Source of the DNA: Cycas panzhihuaensis | Lineage: Eukaryota > Plantae > Cycadophyta | NCBI GenBank assembly: GCA_023213395.1 | Contig: CM041465.1 | Span: 195,369,741 to 195,433,740 of the forward strand | Reading direction: 5' to 3' | Length of the DNA stretch: 64,000 nucleotides | Shown here: one piece after another, positions 29,501 through 43,600 of the stretch | Layout of the letters: every line of letters begins with the position of its first letter | How positions within the stretch are numbered: position 1 is the stretch's first letter | Made by a program: the position numbers and the translations under genes | Notes under the pieces: model-generated | Seen by the model: the letters and a program-made list of their open reading frames with translations, nothing else | Database searches by the model: none | Told to the model about the DNA's origin: nothing

Positions 29501-29885
29501 GCAACTGATGTCTCTCTTAAAGTTTTCCTAAGGTATAAGTTTCACAAATTTAAAGAAAAGTTTGATTTGTATGTAATAAACATTATGGGGGAGAATGTGA
29601 GGTCTAATGCTCATTACCTAACATTGTCTTGGGACCATGCGAGCCACCATAGCCTTTATTATACAATAATAAGTTTATTTTATTACTTATTTTATTAACA
29701 TTTTATTATATTTTAAATTTGAAGGTTGAGGCGGGCTCTCACCCGCCTCCTAAATATATATTTTGGGGCCTAATATCCCCAGTATTCTTCAACGCCATCT
29801 ATCAATGGAAATTATGTTAAACTTTATCAATATCGGTTGACATGGATTGAATTATTATTTTACTACTGCTCCACTTTGTCCTCAT
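26517..29885 (+). mobile_element. Non-autonomous copia-derived LTR element B (truncated Gag fusion ORF, no pol)
   Basis: LTRs 26517-~26805 and 29596-~29885; PPT cattatgggggagaa 29581-29595; degenerate PBS ~26810-26822; probable TSD atatg/atgtg; ~2-kb leader. Inserted at the RT/RNase H boundary of the host copia. Confidence 0.88.
28838..29698 (+). pseudogene. Single 287-codon frame: Gag N-terminus + D/N-rich domain + RNase H-like tail; 5 TAG stops, no frameshift
   Basis: MVIYLDDMIISIFDGTNFSLWRNLMKSLFITKNI*NYV...KKNVKKHNKALGLIFCVLDD...SKNA*NTLELVYGG...(ORF 29201-29476)...EQATDVSLKVFLRYKFHKFKEKFDLYVINIMGENV. Confidence 0.8.
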
Positions 29886-32800
29886 ATGTGCTTTCAATCT
29901 ACACTTACTTGATAAAGTGTAATGAAATCCATAATCTAATATTTCTTTGATATACTTGAGGACCCTCTTTGCTATATTATAACATTCTATTTTTAGTTCT
30001 GACGTCAATTTTAAAGTTAAACTAACTCCATATGCTATGTCTAGTTGGGTAGTTATTAAGTAGATTAGACTTCCTATCAATTGACGATACACAGTAGGAT
30101 TAAATGAAATAGAATCTTTATTTTTACTTTACTTCAACCTAACTTCAATAAGAGAAATAACTAAATTGTATTTACTTATATTAAATTTCTTTAAAACATC
30201 CATAGCATATTTAGTTTGTGACATATGTATGCCACTTTTACCTTACCATATGTTAATACTAAGAAAATTATGTAATTGAACTAAGTTTGTTATTTTAAAT
30301 TATAAACTTATATCATCCTTAAATTCTTAGACCATTTTGTTTCTTATATAGATGAAACCATTAATATAAAGTATAATAATCAAGATTGAAGTACTAATTA
30401 TTTTTCAAATATAAATTAGGATTAGACAAGTTCTTTTAAAATCATTTAATTTTGGAATACCATGCTCTTTGTACCTATTTCAAACCATATAAAGCTTTCA
30501 TTAATTTATAAATAAAGTATTCATGCCCTTCAATTTCAAATCCTTAAGGTAGTGTCATATAAATCTCTTTATTAACATATCCATTAAGAAATGCTTACTC
30601 AACATCCATTTGATATATTGTTTATTCTTATTGAGCAATTAAAAGAAAGACACTTTTGTTTGTTTCCATCTTAGCAATTAGTGCAAATATTTCATAATAA
30701 TCAATTCCTTCTTATTGATTATAACCTTTAGCAACGAGTCTTTCCTTAAACTTATTAATTATACCAATGGCTTGTATTTTATTTTGTATACCCATTTGGT
30801 TCCAATTATATCTTTACTAACATGTAACTCTACAAAATCCTATATTTTATTTCTCACCAAGGTATCATACTTGTCTCCCATTACTTGATTCCAATCTTTA
30901 ATTTTAGTTGCTTCATTAAATATTTGAGGTTTATTGTTTTGCATCACTTGAGTCCTTAAGGCATAATTGACTTGAGTTTATAACCTTGTCATCCTTCTTT
31001 CAAAGTTTGCATTAAGAATATCTTTTGGGTTATAAACCTTAATAAGCCATTTTGGACCTTTCTTTTGAACTTGATTTATACTTGAACTTAATTCACTTGA
31101 TGAAAGTTGAGATGAAATCAATATCAATAATAACTTATTTACCTTTATCATCTTGATAATCATGTTTATACATAATGTGCTCATAAAAAATAACATCGTT
31201 ACTAGTAAATAATTTCTTTGCTAGAGAATCAAACAATCTATAGGTTTTTTATTTACTAGAATAGCCTATGAAAATACACTTAATACTCTTACTTTCTAAC
31301 TTTGGTATCTTTTCATCAGGAACATGTGTATATGCCTCACAACCAAAAACTTTCAAATGACTTATATCGACATTAAAACTAGTCTAAGCTTCTTTAGAAG
31401 TTAAGTCTATCGGTGCCTTAGTAGGATATCTATTCAATAAATAAATTATAATATTTACTACTTCAACCTAAAATTTATCATTAGTTCTTTTGCTTTGAAC
31501 ATACTTCCTGCCATTCTAATAATAATTATAATTTTCTTTTCAATGACTCCATTTTATTGTGGTGTATATGGAGTTGTGAATTATCTTCTTATATATATTT
31601 TAATATAGAAATCTTTAAATTCATTTGAGATAAACTCTCATCGATTATAAAAATATAAAACTTATAACCTTTAACTACTTTATCTTTTATCCATTACTTT
31701 AATTAATTCCTTTACTTACAATGATCAATACACAAGATTATTTGCATAAATATATGATTTAAATAATTCAAACAATGAGGATTGATGAGTTTCATACCAA
31801 CATGTTATTATTGATTCATGTTTGTGGGTGATTATATCTAATTAGATTTTCAGGTTTTAATCCATCATGGGCAAGTTATTTGCATATGTAGGTGGTTGAA
31901 TTAATGTTTGTTCTAATGGCAAATCATGGAAAATGCAAACTTGAATAAGTTTCCCAATTTGTGCTCAATGGCATTTTAAGTATGGATTAATGGAATTTAC
32001 CAGACTATGATTTGTGCTCTTCTTATATAGCCATGGTCATTGATTAAGTAACATAACATCAATCATGCTTTAATATCACAAATGGAGTGAAACCAACACC
32101 TCTAAAATTGATTACTCATTCAATATCAATGACGATCGTTCAATCATGACTACAACTCTATATATCCATAATTACCTATGTTGAGTCAAAACAATTAGGA
32201 CACCTCATCTTTCCATTGCATAATTCTGTTTGAGTGCCTTCTAAACAAATAAAGGTAGCTTACAATCTCTAAAATCTACATATTAATATGGATTCAATGA
32301 TAAACGCTTCATGAGTGCTTTAAGTAATGGTCATGGTATAGCCTTTGTTTATCTTCTTGATTATATACATGGGATGCCATTATTCACCAAAGACGCAACA
32401 CTACAAACACGCATATGATAATCCTTATATTTATGTTATAGGTTTTGTTGTCCAAAAATAATACTGACCCATTATAAAATAATTCAAACCCTTACCTGAT
32501 TTTCAAACCCTAAATACATCATAACTTATATATGTTTCTCTTGCCCCTAAACCATTTATACCTATTTTATTATGCCACCAAATTCTACCTCAAACATGCC
32601 TTCATAAATCTTATGCATCTAAAATAAATCAACATATCTCAAATAAAAAATTATCATAAAATACCCTTAAAATTAGCTACTATCTATACTGCTACATATT
32701 AACATTGTACATGCCTACTACATATTTCGTACATACTAATAGAGTACTAATTTTATACACCTCACTCTTTTAGGGTGATCAGCCCTACTTCAATGATCAT

Positions 32801-33203
32801 ATTGTGAATGTACCATCAAATACCTTTATGTTATATATAGGGATCACATATACAAAAATGTTCACAAGTAACTTATTAAACAAACATTATTGTTAGCTTG
32901 AGTGTGTGGCTCTTTATCTTATTTATGGCTCTCATAATCACTTTCAATATGCCCCTTATATGCAATCATATTTCATTGATATAACCTAATTTTTAACCAA
33001 TCAAATTGATCTCTCCTTACTAGATCTTGATACTAAATCATACTAGCTTGTCATTGATTAAATACTAGCTCATACAATGCATATATGGATTGTCCTTTAA
33101 TGGTAAAGGTTATCACCATGTACGTGTGGTATTCAATACCCTTTGTCAACTTATTTTATCCTTCATAACTTTAATATGACCTTCACCTTGGATCTTCACC
33201 TGA

Positions 33204-33630
33204 GCTCTGATACCATGATAAAATTTATAAAGCTACTTACATAGAAGGTGTGATATCATATTAAACCTTATGGCATGAGATAACAACTTGTACAATGAAT
33301 ATGAATCATTTATGATGTGTTTAAGATAATCATTTAGCATAATAATGAAGATATTTACACATTAATATAGTAAAATATATACACAAGAAAGATATCATTA
33401 TGGAACATCAAATTTCTATGTGGGAAACTCTAGATGAAAAAAAACATAGAAAAAGGGTGGAGTTTTTCTCTACCTTAGTCAATTATTTAAACGATAGATA
33501 CACATATTTATAGATCCATCACCTCATATATCAACTAATAGTTTTGTGCTGACAAACTAATAAAATCATATATGAGAACCTTTCACATTATCCAATGATA
33601 ACTTACCCACTAATTAAATATCATATCAAC
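33204..33630 (-). mobile_element. LTR + perfect tRNA-Met PBS of another copia-type element (related to LTRs at 2277/3979)
   Basis: gctctgatacca 33204-33215, then tg at 33216. Shares the tatgtgggaaac...aaaaaacata motif with the 2277/3979 LTRs. Right end approximate. Confidence 0.65.
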
Positions 33631-33914
33631 TCTTATGAAACTCAATATTCAAATATAAATAATAGCATCCAAATCAGGATTCTAATTGTTTAGATGATTC
33701 AAAAAATAAACTCTTATAGCAAAAGTTATAGTAGAAAACATACAAGTTCATCCTTTGAAAAAAGAAACTAAATTAAAATTAAGGTTAAGCCCCTATTACA
33801 CTTAGTCGTTATACACTTATGGCACTGTATTTGACCACTCATTAGTATGAAAGGGGGCTAATAGACCTTAAACAAAATTCCAATCCAATTTAATTAAGGA
33901 TAAACATCGTAAAC

Positions 33915-36637
33915 TGTTTCTCGACTTCCGGGAATGGATACAGAATTACCAACTCAAGTAAGTGCAGGTATGTTTCTCACCTTATCATCACTTTCTTTTG
34001 ATGAGTGCTTGCTTGCATGTCTGCATGTTCGTGGCCTTGTAGACGACTTTGCCTTCGTCTACACTTATTTTAGCCTATGATGACTATAGCAGGGGCACAC
34101 TCCCAGTAAGTGTGGCACCCTAGTGGCCACTCCGCTTCCCGCATTCTGCCCTCCTTACTCCAGGATCCACTTGGCTTATGCCACCTCTGCCCGTGTTATG
34201 ACCTGTCATTATTTGGTTGACTTGCCATACCGTTTGAGCCCTATTTTTGCTCTTTTGGACCCGTTTGTTGACTTGTTTACCCCCGGGTAGGTGTCTCAGC
34301 CCCCTATTGGCTCTTTTTGTCATCTGCCCCCAGCCTAGACCGGCTGGCCAGGCCTGGTTTTCCCTCCAGGCGAATACCACTGAGATTTTCGCAGTACCGC
34401 CAGAAAATCCATAGTACCGCAGATTTTGCGGCGGTATGACTGTTCTAATTTATTTTTTAAAAAACTGCCGTGGTAATTTTACATTTATTGCGAAACTGCC
34501 ACGTGTCTCGTGACTTAACTCGCTGCCAACCATGCCCTAATCACTCACTTTAGGGTTTGGGTTGGGTACTTAAGTCATCATTTACTCATTTTTTAGAACT
34601 TTTTTTTGCGCACTTTTTAGATTGCTCCTCAAGGAAACCACGCTGTGCTCTGCTATTCTCTCACGCCCCATCGCTACTACAGGACTCGTGATCTCTCCTC
34701 TAATGCCCAACTCTCATTTGGTGTGGCTAGGACATCTTCCCAGCCCCTCACACACCTTGGAGAGGGCCCCTTGAAGAGATTTCAGTGGATTCTTGCCCCG
34801 GGCAGCCATCAAGCGTTCTAAGTGCAGGTGTTCTTCCTCCAACTCCATTGGCAGGGTCCCAAACCTACTACACCATAGTTTCTGGGCTAATTTCTCAGCC
34901 TCTCCTTACCAGCCCTTGGCTAAGGCAAGCACCTCTCCTCTTCCTCTCAGGTATTCATTGATTTGAGTTATTTTCCTTATGCAATTGATGCCCTATATTA
35001 CTTGTCTTTGTGAGGGTTGTTTTCCTCTTTATATTGGACTATTTTACCCATGTTATAGTGCCTCCTTACCTGCATTTATTGCTTAAGGCAGTGGCATAGA
35101 AGGTTGACATAGGGTTTGGGAGAGAGCTGGGTGGATTCCGTACCACCTTCCACGCTCCTCGAGTGGCTTTAAGCCCCCTAAACCTTCCCTCTTGCCTTGT
35201 GTTGTCCTTGGCACTTAAACAAGGGTTTGTTGGCCCTTCCTTAGCTGCTGAAATCAGCACTGTCATACATTTTAGCACTGGTTTGAGGGCTTAGGTTTAG
35301 GTCCAGGTGACTCACATAAGTCCTAACCGCTTGTGCTTTGCCCAACTCCTTTTTCGGCAGTCCAATTTGCTCTTCATAGCACCCCGGCTTGCCGTAGGCC
35401 TTCTTTGGCTCCTTGCAACTCCCTTGTTACTATTTTCAGCCATCCTTCTTAGCCTTGTCCTCACTGCCTTGTGGCTTTTGGGGGAGGTTAGGGTTGTTCT
35501 TTGTGGGAGGTGGGCCACTCCGAGGCTTACCGGTTACTTTCCTTTTGCTTTGGTTGTCCTCCTTTACATATTATCATCATTGTGTTGATGCTAACACATA
35601 CGTGTTTAAGTTTATATTAGTATTACATAGACATGTATTGTTAGGGTCTTATCATTGCATGTTGGTGCCCTTTCTCCAGAAACGGGGAGGTTATTATTTG
35701 CTTACAGGTACTTGGAGAGCGCAAAGGGTCTTTTCTGCTCATCCCGTCGCCGGTAAGTGCTCCTATGCATGTTGTACTTTCATACTTCATATACTACTAG
35801 TAGTTGGTCTCTTTCTTTCCTTGGTTTTGTACTTTAGTATTTTTCTGGGGAAGGTAAGAGAGCCCCTCATTCTAACCCGATGCGATGCTTCACACCTGCC
35901 GCGCCTTGTGGAGTAGTTTTGGTATCCCTTGGGAGTGCCATCGTCACACACGCTTCCGGTCTGGGTACACGCTTCGCTCCACCCTACCACTCTTTCCTTT
36001 TGAATTTTCTTCACATAAGTAGTAATTAACTCATTGGAAATCAAAAGGGGAACTTAACTTTGCTTTCGGTTCATGCTTTATTTATTTCATTGCATGCATC
36101 TTCTCTACCCATAGGAAAAGGTCATAGGAACTGCCCCTTTTCACCTTTTCCTTTCCTTTGTCGTGCAAGCTTCCTGCTCTCCGTCTTGCTTGTGTGTTTG
36201 GTTAGTTTGCTTAGGCATACCTTGACCCACCTTCTTGGGTCATCCCTCTTGGTTTCCTTTGGTTCCCTGCTTCGCCGGATAACCAAAGTGACCTCGTCCA
36301 TAGGCCACTTGCTCGCCTATCCCTCTTTGTTTCCTGTTGCTCTAGGAAAACACTCAAAGGTTCCTTCCCATCCCCTTCTGGCCATCCAAGGGTGGGAGGA
36401 TCCTTCCCTTCAGTTAACCTAGGCTAACCCTATACCTCCTCACCTCTTGCTCGAAGTGGGGGGATCACCCTTTGGTAGCTATATTCCATTGCAGGTCACG
36501 AACTCACGCTCCGGTGCACGGGGCGCCCTACGTGGTATTTACCCTACTTATAGGTCTCTTTCTTGATCATATTATCACCCACTCTTACCACACCTATTTA
36601 GTTAGGTAGCTATCCTGTAGACGCGCGTCCGTAAACA
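33915..36637 (+). mobile_element. Young GC/CpG-rich solo LTR (Tat/Ogre-like gypsy, inferred)
   Basis: Termini TGTTT...AAACA; CpG retained unlike the flanks; gccacgtg and tttagggttt motifs ~34500-34560; several CAG|GT splice-like sites; no credible coding. No 5-bp TSD. Confidence 0.7.
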
Positions 36638-38539
36638 AAAAAGAAAAAAGAAAAAATCCCAAAGTTTAAAATTTACCCTATAATTGCATGATTAACAGGT
36701 AAACCAGATGGTCAAATGGATGAAAATAATCAAATTTTATTATTAAACAGCTTGTAGAGGGTCAAAATCTTCATGAAATGATCACAAAACTATAATGGAG
36801 CTAGTATATCATTTGGTGATGGTATGAAAATAGTCAAAATTCATGTGATAAGTGATAACAATGATGGACTTTGGGACTTGAAGTATGATGGAGTGGTTGA
36901 AATATAATGCAATATACATATCATAGTAGATCAACAAATTATAGAGCAAGAAGGTAGATCTCTTTATAGGGTTACCTAGGCAACAACCAAATTCATAGAG
37001 GGTGCTTCAAGCATATAGATAGATAAGTGTAACATATATCATCTTCACAAATCATCATGCAGAGCAACTTCTTCATAACATGTGTATAATAACATAGTGG
37101 GACATAACATAAACAATGTTATACTGGTAGACACAACAAACATTAGAAACAAATGACATTGATATACTCTTCAACTTAGGAGAGGATGGGAGATTATTAA
37201 TGACCTCCTCTCCTTCACTTATAAATAGAAGACATGAACATGGCTTTGATACTATGTCAAAAAATACAAAAAATATGATATCTAATATTCAAATTAAATT
37301 AATCATAGGGTCAAATATACATTTATAGTGTCATGTACCACTCAACATGTGATGACATAATATCTAATGTAATTATTTCATTAATGTACTAATATGCATT
37401 ATTCTTTAATAATTACAACTTAGAGTTTAGGATGAATTTAGGCACATTCTTCTTACTTCCATTTTCCATCACAGTATCCCATATGTGCTCATATTTATTC
37501 TGCTTAAGGTTATACCTCCCCATAATTCTAAGTGATATAAAATTATAACTTCTACCTAAATCAATGAATTGGAAATGGCTTAATCAAATATTTTACCTTA
37601 TTTTGTACCATGGTGGACTAATGACTTGTCTATTGACCATCCACCATTATATACACTCACATAGGTCCCATCCCCTTGACTATGTCCACTATTGTTAATT
37701 GTATCTCTATGTTATAGGACCTACCTTCTATAGTTTTTCTCTTTAGACATTCTTGTGTATAATATGCTTTTCTATTGTATTAGAAACAAGTATTATAAGG
37801 GACATCCCTAGAAAATTTACCATAAGTATGATTGGATTATTATACCCTTTGTAATTCATTAATATTCCTTACATCTTATTGAGGAGGAGGTGGTTAAAAT
37901 CCATTCTTTCATTATTGCATGGGGTCTACATTAGAAGCCAATTTCATTAACAAAGAAAAGGGGACTTACAATAGTAATTATAAGAATACGAATGTATTAT
38001 TAGCCTTTTGAAAGTGGCAACCTAATGAAACCCTCTCTTGTTCTCTACAAATTTAAATTATTGGATAGTTAAGGAGTGATACTAATCTAAGTTTATCACT
38101 ATGCTTGATTGATTAACTGTTGACTAGTTTAGTAACAATTTAATAGCATGAACAAAGTTTATCTCTGAATGATTATAACCCTTTATCCTTCTTTTGGATG
38201 GTGATTGTGTAAGTGGTAAACCTATTTTTGGTAGAACCTCCCTTCTTTCCTTAGCTTTCCTATCTTGGATGATCATGGATTACTTAAAAGAGTGATTAAA
38301 CATCTTTTTTTGGTCTCTACAAGGACACAGAGGTTTAATGAAATCAATGTAGTTTGATGACTTAAAAACATTTGATTAATTATTTTGGCTTGACCATCTT
38401 TAGATATAAAGGGGCATTCCCTCTTTATAGTAATTAAGATGTTAATACCTTGGTAGGGTGTATTTTTTAGTCATAGTACTTTACTTTAGAAGAAAATTCA
38501 AGAAGCAGTGGTAATAGAGTATTTCTCATGTCAATGACC

Positions 38540-40500
38540 TTTTTCTTTTTACATAAAAGATGAATATTTATATTGAAAAAAATTTATGCATGGTGCAACA
38601 AAAAAGACTAGGGGGTAGAACATCATTCCCTCCATCATTATAAATGATACAATAAAAATCTTCTCCTAGGGAAATAAATAGAAGAATGAAATATACATTA
38701 TTATATAGAGACTAAGGTTATGACCAACCTTTATATATAAGCAAAGTAATACAAAATCTTAGCATAAAAGAATATCATATCTGCTTTGAGTCTCCTTTTA
38801 TTAGAGGAGTAGCTCCATAATGCTAACAACCATCATCTCCTTTGTTGAAAGCATCCTCCTATAGCTTCTAGACCATGCAAGAAATAAGCTTAATACGTAT
38901 CAAAACTAGCACCTATGAAATGCATTTCTCATTGGCCCTTATATTGGTCAAGTTGACTTGCATATAAGAGGTTGAATACTGTTGTATTATAATAAGAGGA
39001 TAACTATTTTTCGGCCATCTCCTCCTCCTAAAGCAACTATGTGACCCATTTATCTATCTCAAGCTCCCTTCATCTAGCATCAAGCACTATAGACATGGTG
39101 AATGGAGTAGATTTCCATTGATTGATAAGCTTGAGGAGGTGGTTGTACTCTACCTAAACCTTATGAGGTTATGCATTAATCTATAAAGAAAATTCATTTA
39201 ATACTATAAAAAAATGTTTTATTATAAAAGTTGCACTCAATATATTTATATTTAAAAAATACACCATTTCTAAATTTCCAAATACAACATAAAACTTTTA
39301 TTCTTAGATTTCTTAGGCTAGGTAAGATGTTACAGAAAAAGCTTCGTTGTACCCATGTAGTGTAGTATTCTATCTAAACTCTTCATTGATAATAGGTTTT
39401 GCAAATTACTAACAAGTTTCCATGCTAACTTGGCAAAGGGTCATCAATAGAATAGATATATAAGTGATTTATCATATCCATAAAACACACATGAAATATC
39501 ATCATATCCAAGTTTGGCCATCTTAGACTTGATGGCTACTATTTTGTAGGAGCATCTATTTCAAAAAAAAAAAATTTAATTCCAACAGTGTATTCCATAG
39601 TTTATCAATTCTCTACTTCCAAACCACTTCTCCACATATAATATTCTAAATCTAGTTTAGCTTATTAGAAATACTATTGTTATTAGTAAGATGCTTATAA
39701 ATATGTGAAGACAAGAATTTATTGAAAAGGTTTCAAGTGGTTTTAGACCTAATCACACCAACATTTAATACATCCTCTATTGGTTAAGTTGGAAATTTGT
39801 GTTGCTAAATAATAGTTCTATATCTCCTTAATTATGAACCTATCAGTACATTTGAGGTTAAATTCCAACCTAATAATGTTCCATTATTTCCACCAACCCT
39901 TGGTCATGTCAAGTAATTACCATATAAATATGAGGACTTTTTTATCATGTTGCTTTGCCTCAAACCACAAAATTTGGCCCAAGCATTATTCATCCCATTG
40001 CATCAATGGAAACTACCAAATGCAATGATTATAAGGTGATAATCCTCTACATGGTTCATCACCTCGCCAACTCAACAACTTCTAATCTTTCTCTCATACT
40101 CCCTAAATCATCTTAAGGATAAGTGACCCTATAAGTTTTAGTGGGACTAACACAATTGATGCCTTATAAGTGCTTAACCTAAAACTAGTTAAACTACATG
40201 GTCTTGTCTAAGTAACTAACTAAAATTTTCCACACTTCATCTTCCTCCACTGATCTCATGAGCTACTTAGCATAGACTACTCTTTCTTAGAGCTTAAGAT
40301 TGATTAAGTCTAGCCCTTTACTCTCTTTAAACTTACAACAAGTATGCCAATTGACAAATCTAAATCCTTTCCTTCCTTTCCAATTTGACCAAAGGAAAGT
40401 TCTAAGAAGTCTTTCTAGCTTATCATGAATCACAAGCATGGGGAAGGTAAAATACATTTTCAATCCACCACCCACTAAAGTTAAGATATCATAGGAACTT
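38540..40500 (-). mobile_element. L1 LINE fragment (RT C-terminal region to RNase H), degraded
   Basis: LERLLRTFLWSNWKGRKGFRFVNWHTCCKFKESKGL (40287-40475); GDSK RNase H trace ~38785; T-rich tail on + at ~38540. Confidence 0.75.
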
Positions 40501-40679
40501 GAACCACCTTTGTGATGTCTTATAGAAGTAATCGATATATATGCTCCTCCTATTTGTGATGATGCATTATCTCAAATGACTTGTGTATAATACATTTTAT
40601 ATGGAAGATCTTAGGACTTATGTATTGTGAATTCAACTTACTTAAGGTCTTGTGTCTTATTTCTATATTATGTCCATGG

Positions 40680-43600
40680 GATATTGTCCTTAAAAGAGGG
40701 TAGCCTAAAGTTGATCTATGACTATCTTTGAAACTAGCCCAATCAACATCTGTATAACCTACTAAAGAAAGATTGTCCACTTGGCAGTAATTAAGTCTAA
40801 ATTGAAGTGAACCCCAAAGATATCTTAGGATCCACATAGCTACTTTCTAGTGTGAAATATTGGGATGAGTCATAAACCTAGAGTAGACCCCAATAACATA
40901 TGAAATATTTGATCATATATATATGAGGTAAATTAATTTCCCCACAAGCTGCCTATACAAAGTGGGATCGATAAGTTTACCATGCTCATCAAGATCTAAC
41001 TTAAGTCATGTCTCCATAGGGGGTTGTGATGGCTTAAATTCCTCCATTCTAAACTTTTAAAGGATCTCCCTTGTATATTTAGATTATGAAAGGAAGATAT
41101 GACCTGGTCATTGCCAGACTTCCATGCCAAGAAAGTAATGGAGCAATCCAAGATCAATCATCTCAAAACTACTATTTAATTCCCCTTTGAGATATAAAAT
41201 CCACTCCGTGTCATTGCAAGTTATCAATAAATCATCAACATACAATTCAACTAGAGTGATCAAATTATCTCAAATTCTGATATACAAACTGGGATTCATT
41301 GATGAGTATACAAGTGTATGCTTCTGAAAGTACTCAGTTATTTTCATGTACCAAGCGTGAGTTAATTACTTGAGGCCATAAAGAGCCTTCTTCAACTTGT
41401 AGACTAGATGTTCTTTTCCACAAATAACATAGTTGGGAGGATGATTTAATTACACTTCCTCTTATAAGTCACCATTTAAAAAGGTACTTTTCACATCCAT
41501 CTAAAAGACATGCCACTTAAATTGAGCTACTAATACCAAAATAAGTTTGATTGTGGTCATGTTGGTAATAGGGATAAATGTGTCATTATAATTAATGCCC
41601 TCAATCTATTTGAAATATTTAGCAACCAATCATACTTTATAGCATTAAATGGAGTCATTTCTATGGAATTTTATTTTATAAATCCATCTACAATCAATTG
41701 GTTTCTTTCCATCAAGTAACTCAACTAGCTCCTAAGTGTCATTTTGCAAAATAGAATCTATTTCCTCATTCATGGCTACTTGCCACTTTTGGTTAGTAAT
41801 GGCTTCTTCAAAAGTGGTAGGTTTAGCAATTGATAAAACTTATGCCATTAATGTGAAGTTGGTTAATGCCCTATATTTGGATTACCTCTTAGTTTGTTGT
41901 GGAGGTGATGGAGTAATAGATGTTGTCTACAAACACTATTTAGGAAGTGACTTTGAAGTGACCTCTTCTTAAACATCTTTTACAGGAATTATTGTTGTAG
42001 ATGTTGAAGTAGAGGTAGGATGTACAAATGATATACCAAGAGTATATGACGTTGATGGAGGTAATTAAACTGTAGGAATATTCTATATAGTAGGTGGTGG
42101 AATATAAGTTACTTCAAGTTATTCATCAAAGAATTAAAGTTGAGTCATGTTCACGTCTTGGTTCTATTAGAAAAAGATAACATCCTAAGATGTATATATT
42201 TGCTTAATAGCAAGATCATAAAGCTTGTAGGCCTTATAACTAGACATGTAGCTAACAAAAATGTGTTTCCTACTTTTATCATCTAATTTCTTTCTTTGTT
42301 CTTTTGGTATAAGCATATATATTATACAATCAAAGGTGCACAAATATGAAACCAAGGGTTTTTGACCTGACTAGGCCTTCTTGGGTGTAATACTTAAAAT
42401 AACCTTCATTGGACTTTAATTCGTAAGATAAGCAATTGTGTTAAGGGCTTTAATCTAGAATTAAAGTCCCAAAATTCTCATGGAAAGTATAACTTTACCT
42501 TTATTAATCAAGGTCTAATTCATATACTTAGCAACTCCATTTTGCTAAGATGTTTAAGGGGTAGAGAACTATTGTTTCATACCATTATCCTTATAAAACT
42601 AAGTAAATTCTCTAATAGTATATTCTCCTCTATTATTGCAACAAAGGATATTAATTAGCTTTCTAGATTTCAATTCAACCCCATGCTTAATTCTCTAAAA
42701 TTTTTAAACACTTCTAATTTCTGGTTTAGGAAATAAACCTAAACTTTATGGGAATAATCATCAATAAATATAATAAAATATCAACAACCATTGAAAGATG
42801 CCTAATACATAGGTCCATAAATGTTAGAGTAAATAAGACCCAAAGGTTCTTTCATACATTAAACTTTTCTATTTAAACTAAACAGAGCTCGATGATGTTT
42901 TCCCATCACATAAGCCTCACAAATACAATTGGTCTACTTAATATTTGGTATCTCATGCACCATATTCAATTTGAAAAGTAGATGAAGGCTATTCATATTC
43001 AGATGACTAACATATTGATGCCACAATTGGTCTTTTAAAAGCCTCCAAGAAATAATTACTTTTAAAGTAAATTGCTCATTAGTATTTGAGGTGGAAGCAC
43101 AAGTATGGGAAGTGGGTGTTGTATTGCTACAAGAGTTAGTTTCATTTTATAGGAACATAGGTTTGAAATTGCATCAAGCTTATACAAACCTTGGTCTTCA
43201 TATCCAAATGGAATCAAATTGTCTTTCAAATTAGTAATCAATCATTTCCTAAGATGACTAAATAAAACATCAAAGTTCTATTTATATATCTAGCTAACTA
43301 ATAATAGATTATATATCATGACATGGACATAGAAGGCATTGTTAATGTGATGTTTAATATCTAAATCCTTTAGAGATATTAGAGCATTATCGATCTTGGC
43401 AAACTCTAAAATAACATCATCACCAAATGTTATTGATTGTTCGTATACTAGCCTTATATGTATAAGTTATTATTCAGAACCTACCATATGACAAGAAGAT
43501 CCTTAATCTATCAACCACAATTTATTTGAATGATGTGTTATTGATGTAGTAAAGGACAAGTTCTATAAAATAGCTATGTGGCCTCCTTGATTTTAATTTT

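Larger units (their letters stand above)
25873..37411 (-). mobile_element. Ty1/copia element with ~155-bp LTRs; carries insertions; gag/protease missing
   Basis: LTRs ~25873-26028 and 37255-37411; PBS 37243-37254; PPT-like 26029-26042. RNase H 26050-26510; RT 29890-30960 (YRQLIGSLIYL, YQMDV); integrase 31200-31700. Imperfect TSD attct/attac inside the gypsy protease. Confidence 0.82.

Noticed and set aside
34120-36422. Cluster of 68-167 aa ORFs in the GC-rich region
   Set aside because: They overlap on both strands and show no domain motifs; expected from higher GC within an LTR.
36615-36640. Helitron 3' hairpin
   Set aside because: A palindrome is present, but there is no CTRR 3' end or TC 5' start; TG..CA termini fit an LTR better.
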